Source: Blepharisma stoltei ATCC 30299
Lineage: Eukaryota; Protista; Ciliophora
NCBI GenBank assembly: GCA_965603825.1
Contig: CBFDEM010000013.1
Coordinates: forward strand, 62,001 to 126,000
Direction: 5' to 3'
Length of the DNA stretch: 64,000 nt
The number at the start of each line of letters is the position of its first letter. Position 1 is the first letter of the stretch. Made by a program: the position numbers and the translations under genes. Shown here one piece after another: positions 61,788 through 64,000 of this stretch. A model generated the notes under the pieces. The model was not told the DNA's origin and made no database searches. It saw nothing but the letters and a program-made list of their open reading frames with translations.

Positions 61788-62175
61788 TTTTATATGAGTT
61801 ATAAATAATTTGATTTTTGAAATTAATTTAAAGGAATTTCAGTATAAAAAATATTATAGAAATATATGAGAGTTCTACCTAAATGTTAGGTATTTAAATT
61901 AATCTTATTCGATAATCATCTGGTAATAGCAGCCTTTTTCCATTATATTTTTCCCTACTATTAGGCAACTTTACAAGATAATTTTTTATCAATAAATGTT
62001 AGATATATAGAGAAACTCGGTTGACTATTTGTGTAGACATTTAAAAAATCAATAATAGCGCAAGTGCAATTAATATGGGATTCTTAATGCATTGGCTAAG
62101 CATCTAAGACGATTAGCAATATAGCTTGCAATTGCCATATGCGTTAATGAAAAAAATTAACTAAAATATAATGAA

Positions 62176-64000
62176 TTATATACCATCTTCATCGAAAATA
62201 ATCTTCAAATTGTCCAGCGACATTGTAGTTGTATGCGCTGTAAATGCGCCTTCAGATATTTCTTGTTTTCTCGCTTGCAGTTCTAGCATCCTCTCCTCCA
62301 CAGTATCATGACAAATCAGCTTTATCGCCCTTACAGTCCGATTTTGCCCAATTCTATGCACCCTCTCAATCGCTTGATTTTCAACAGCAGGGTTCCACCA
62401 AGGATCCATAAGGATAACTCTAGAAGCATAGGTAAGGTTTATCCCTACCCCTCCTGCTTTTAAGGTAATCAGCATCACTTGTCGTCCATTTTTAAACAAC
62501 TGCAAAGCATTTTCCCTTTGATTTTTATTAAGACTCCCATCTAGTCTTGCATAAGAAATTTCAGCTTTTTTTAAAGCAATTTCTAATAAATCTAGCATTG
62601 TGGTCCACTGGCTAAAAACAACGGTAGGCTCATTACTTTCTTGAAGTAAATTAAGCAAATACTCAATTTTGGCACTGCTTCTTCATTCTTTTGTGATATC
62701 AAGCTGAAATTTGTTTTCTCTAGGCACAGTCGTAAGGTCATGGGCAGTCAAAACTGCTTTGCAAAGAGGGCAATTTCTGTTTTTTTCGACCTGCTGGACA
62801 CCACAGAGCCTACACATAAAATGCCCACATTTGGTAATTACAGCATCGTCAATCATATCTAAACAAACTGGGCAGTCCATCGCTTCGCCTTGCTTTATTT
62901 TGTCAACAAGCTCATTTATATAATTTTCACTGGTATTCTCTACAACTTTATTGAAAAATTTATCAATTGATTCTAAAGGGTCAGCGTCGTTTTTATTCAT
63001 AATAAGAAAAGGATGGTTACAAAGCTGCCTTAATCTAAGAAGAAGCTCAAAAACTGAGCTTATATATGATTTTAGCCTGCCTTGTGATATAAGTGACCTA
63101 AATCTTGCTTTTGTGTGGTTAAATAAGCGGTCATAGACTCTTCTTTCTTCTATATGCATTGCTAAATAAATTGTGTCTATATTTAATGGAGGGAGAGATA
63201 TTATTGGTGAGCCATTGGCAAGTTTCGAAGCCTTTGTCCGTCTTAATACAATTGGTTTAAGAAGCCTTCTTAAAGCTTCAAAAACGTTAGGGTCTTGCCT
63301 ATTAAAAGGTTTTGTGATAACCCGGTTCCACCACAAATAGTCATTCCAAGGCTCCACTTCTAGAAAGCTTATAAGTGAATATAGATCGTCAAGCCGGTTT
63401 TGGATTGGGGTTCCAGTTAAGGCTCATTTGTAAAGCCCTTGAAGTTTTAAGCAGGATTTTGTAATTCCAGTTTCTCGATTTCTTATATTGTGAGCTTCAT
63501 CAAGGATAATCCTGAACCAATTCATTTTAAATAGTGGCCCAGACGTTGCACAGTCAGTCTGGACTACTCCATAAGTAGTTAAAACGACGTCAGGGCTCCC
63601 CAGCTCCCTCAGCGATTTTGTTTTTTCTGAATAATATTCCATTACCTTTAGCCCTGTCCCATGGTTTTCAATTTCACTATGCCACTGAGTCATCAAAGAC
63701 AGCGGCAGGACTATTAAAGTCCCCCCTTCATTGATATTTTTTGATTTTTTCGGACTGTGTGTATATCCCCTCCTATGTGTATGCAGCAGCGACACAACCA
63801 TCACAGTTTTCCCTAATCCCATTTCGTCAGCCAAAATCCCTCCTTTACAAAGTGCACCCCCTTCCGGGAATTTCGTAGCAACTTGTCCTGTATAATGATT
63901 AAAATAAATAAATCTCCCATCAATCGCTTTATATTCTTCCCACAAATGATGTAATTCTCCATTATTTCTGTTACTTTTTGTATGTGTTTCTCGCTCATAC
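62176..64000 (-). CDS. RAD5: RAD5/HLTF-type SNF2 translocase with RING insertion (5' part outside the window)
   Basis: GGILADEMGLGKT, ILDEAH, KW(TGA 63424)ALTGTPIQN, LRLRQLCNHP, RING CPVC..CGH.MC..C..CPLC, W(TGA 62683)RSSAKI, DPWWNPAVENQAIERVHRIGQ. Confidence 0.93.

Noticed and set aside
61788-62175. Possible IES, MITE or hairpin RNA in the DHHC-RAD5 spacer
   Set aside because: Only short palindromes (ATGCAT, CAATTG, CATATG) and no terminal inverted repeats. Uninterrupted 10-14-kb CDSs indicate somatic DNA without germline insertions.
475-63998. Numerous short antisense or alternate-frame ORFs in the track (e.g. 475-858, 42101-42778, 53680-54309)
   Set aside because: They overlap well-supported genes and have the F/S/L-rich composition expected from the reverse complement of E/K-rich coding DNA.
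1903-64000. Genes fragmented by nonsense mutations (pseudogene cluster)
   Set aside because: Every break is TGA, frames never shift, and the TGAs map to conserved Trp residues. This is a code change, not decay.
1-64000. UGA as selenocysteine or Cys (Euplotes-type), or UAR=Gln ciliate code
   Set aside because: Informative TGA sites align to Trp. In-frame TAA/TAG occur only at gene ends or as intron acceptors.
1-64000. Purine preference at the base following sense TGA codons as a read-through signal
   Set aside because: A and G dominate first codon positions throughout these genes, so no excess over background can be claimed by eye.

Overview
This is gene-dense, AT-rich eukaryotic DNA, not prokaryotic. 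It uses a non-standard nuclear genetic code: UGA is read as Trp, while UAA and UAG are stops. Two 15-nt GT..AG introns are present. That combination points to a heterotrich ciliate macronuclear chromosome, most like Blepharisma (inference). The supplied ORF track breaks genes at every TGA. Reading TGA as Trp, I merged the fragments by hand into 25 genes with about 56 in-frame TGA codons. In order: C2/coiled-coil protein (partial); 4672-aa axonemal dynein heavy chain (DNAH2-like); bacterial-type YqgF/RuvX nuclease; 2231-aa BEACH protein; degenerate Rab-like GTPase; GST theta; two Zn-finger paralogs; RNF141-like RING; TTP-like CCCH; Cys/His-rich B-box-like protein; SOS1-like Na+/H+ exchanger; 3451-aa EF-hand/WD40/pseudokinase giant; CaM/centrin-like protein; basic IQ-like protein; Rab5/22-like GTPase; LSG1; two TPR-IQ paralogs; LRR protein; PP2C; two unknown proteins; DHHC palmitoyltransferase; RAD5 (partial). 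No mobile element, CRISPR array, rRNA or tRNA was recognised. The most interesting signals are strongly gene-specific UGA versus UGG usage, the giant Ca2+-binding pseudokinase, the YqgF nuclease, a sub-kilobase oscillation of C/G skew at synonymous sites, and intergenic spacers as short as 4-25 bp.
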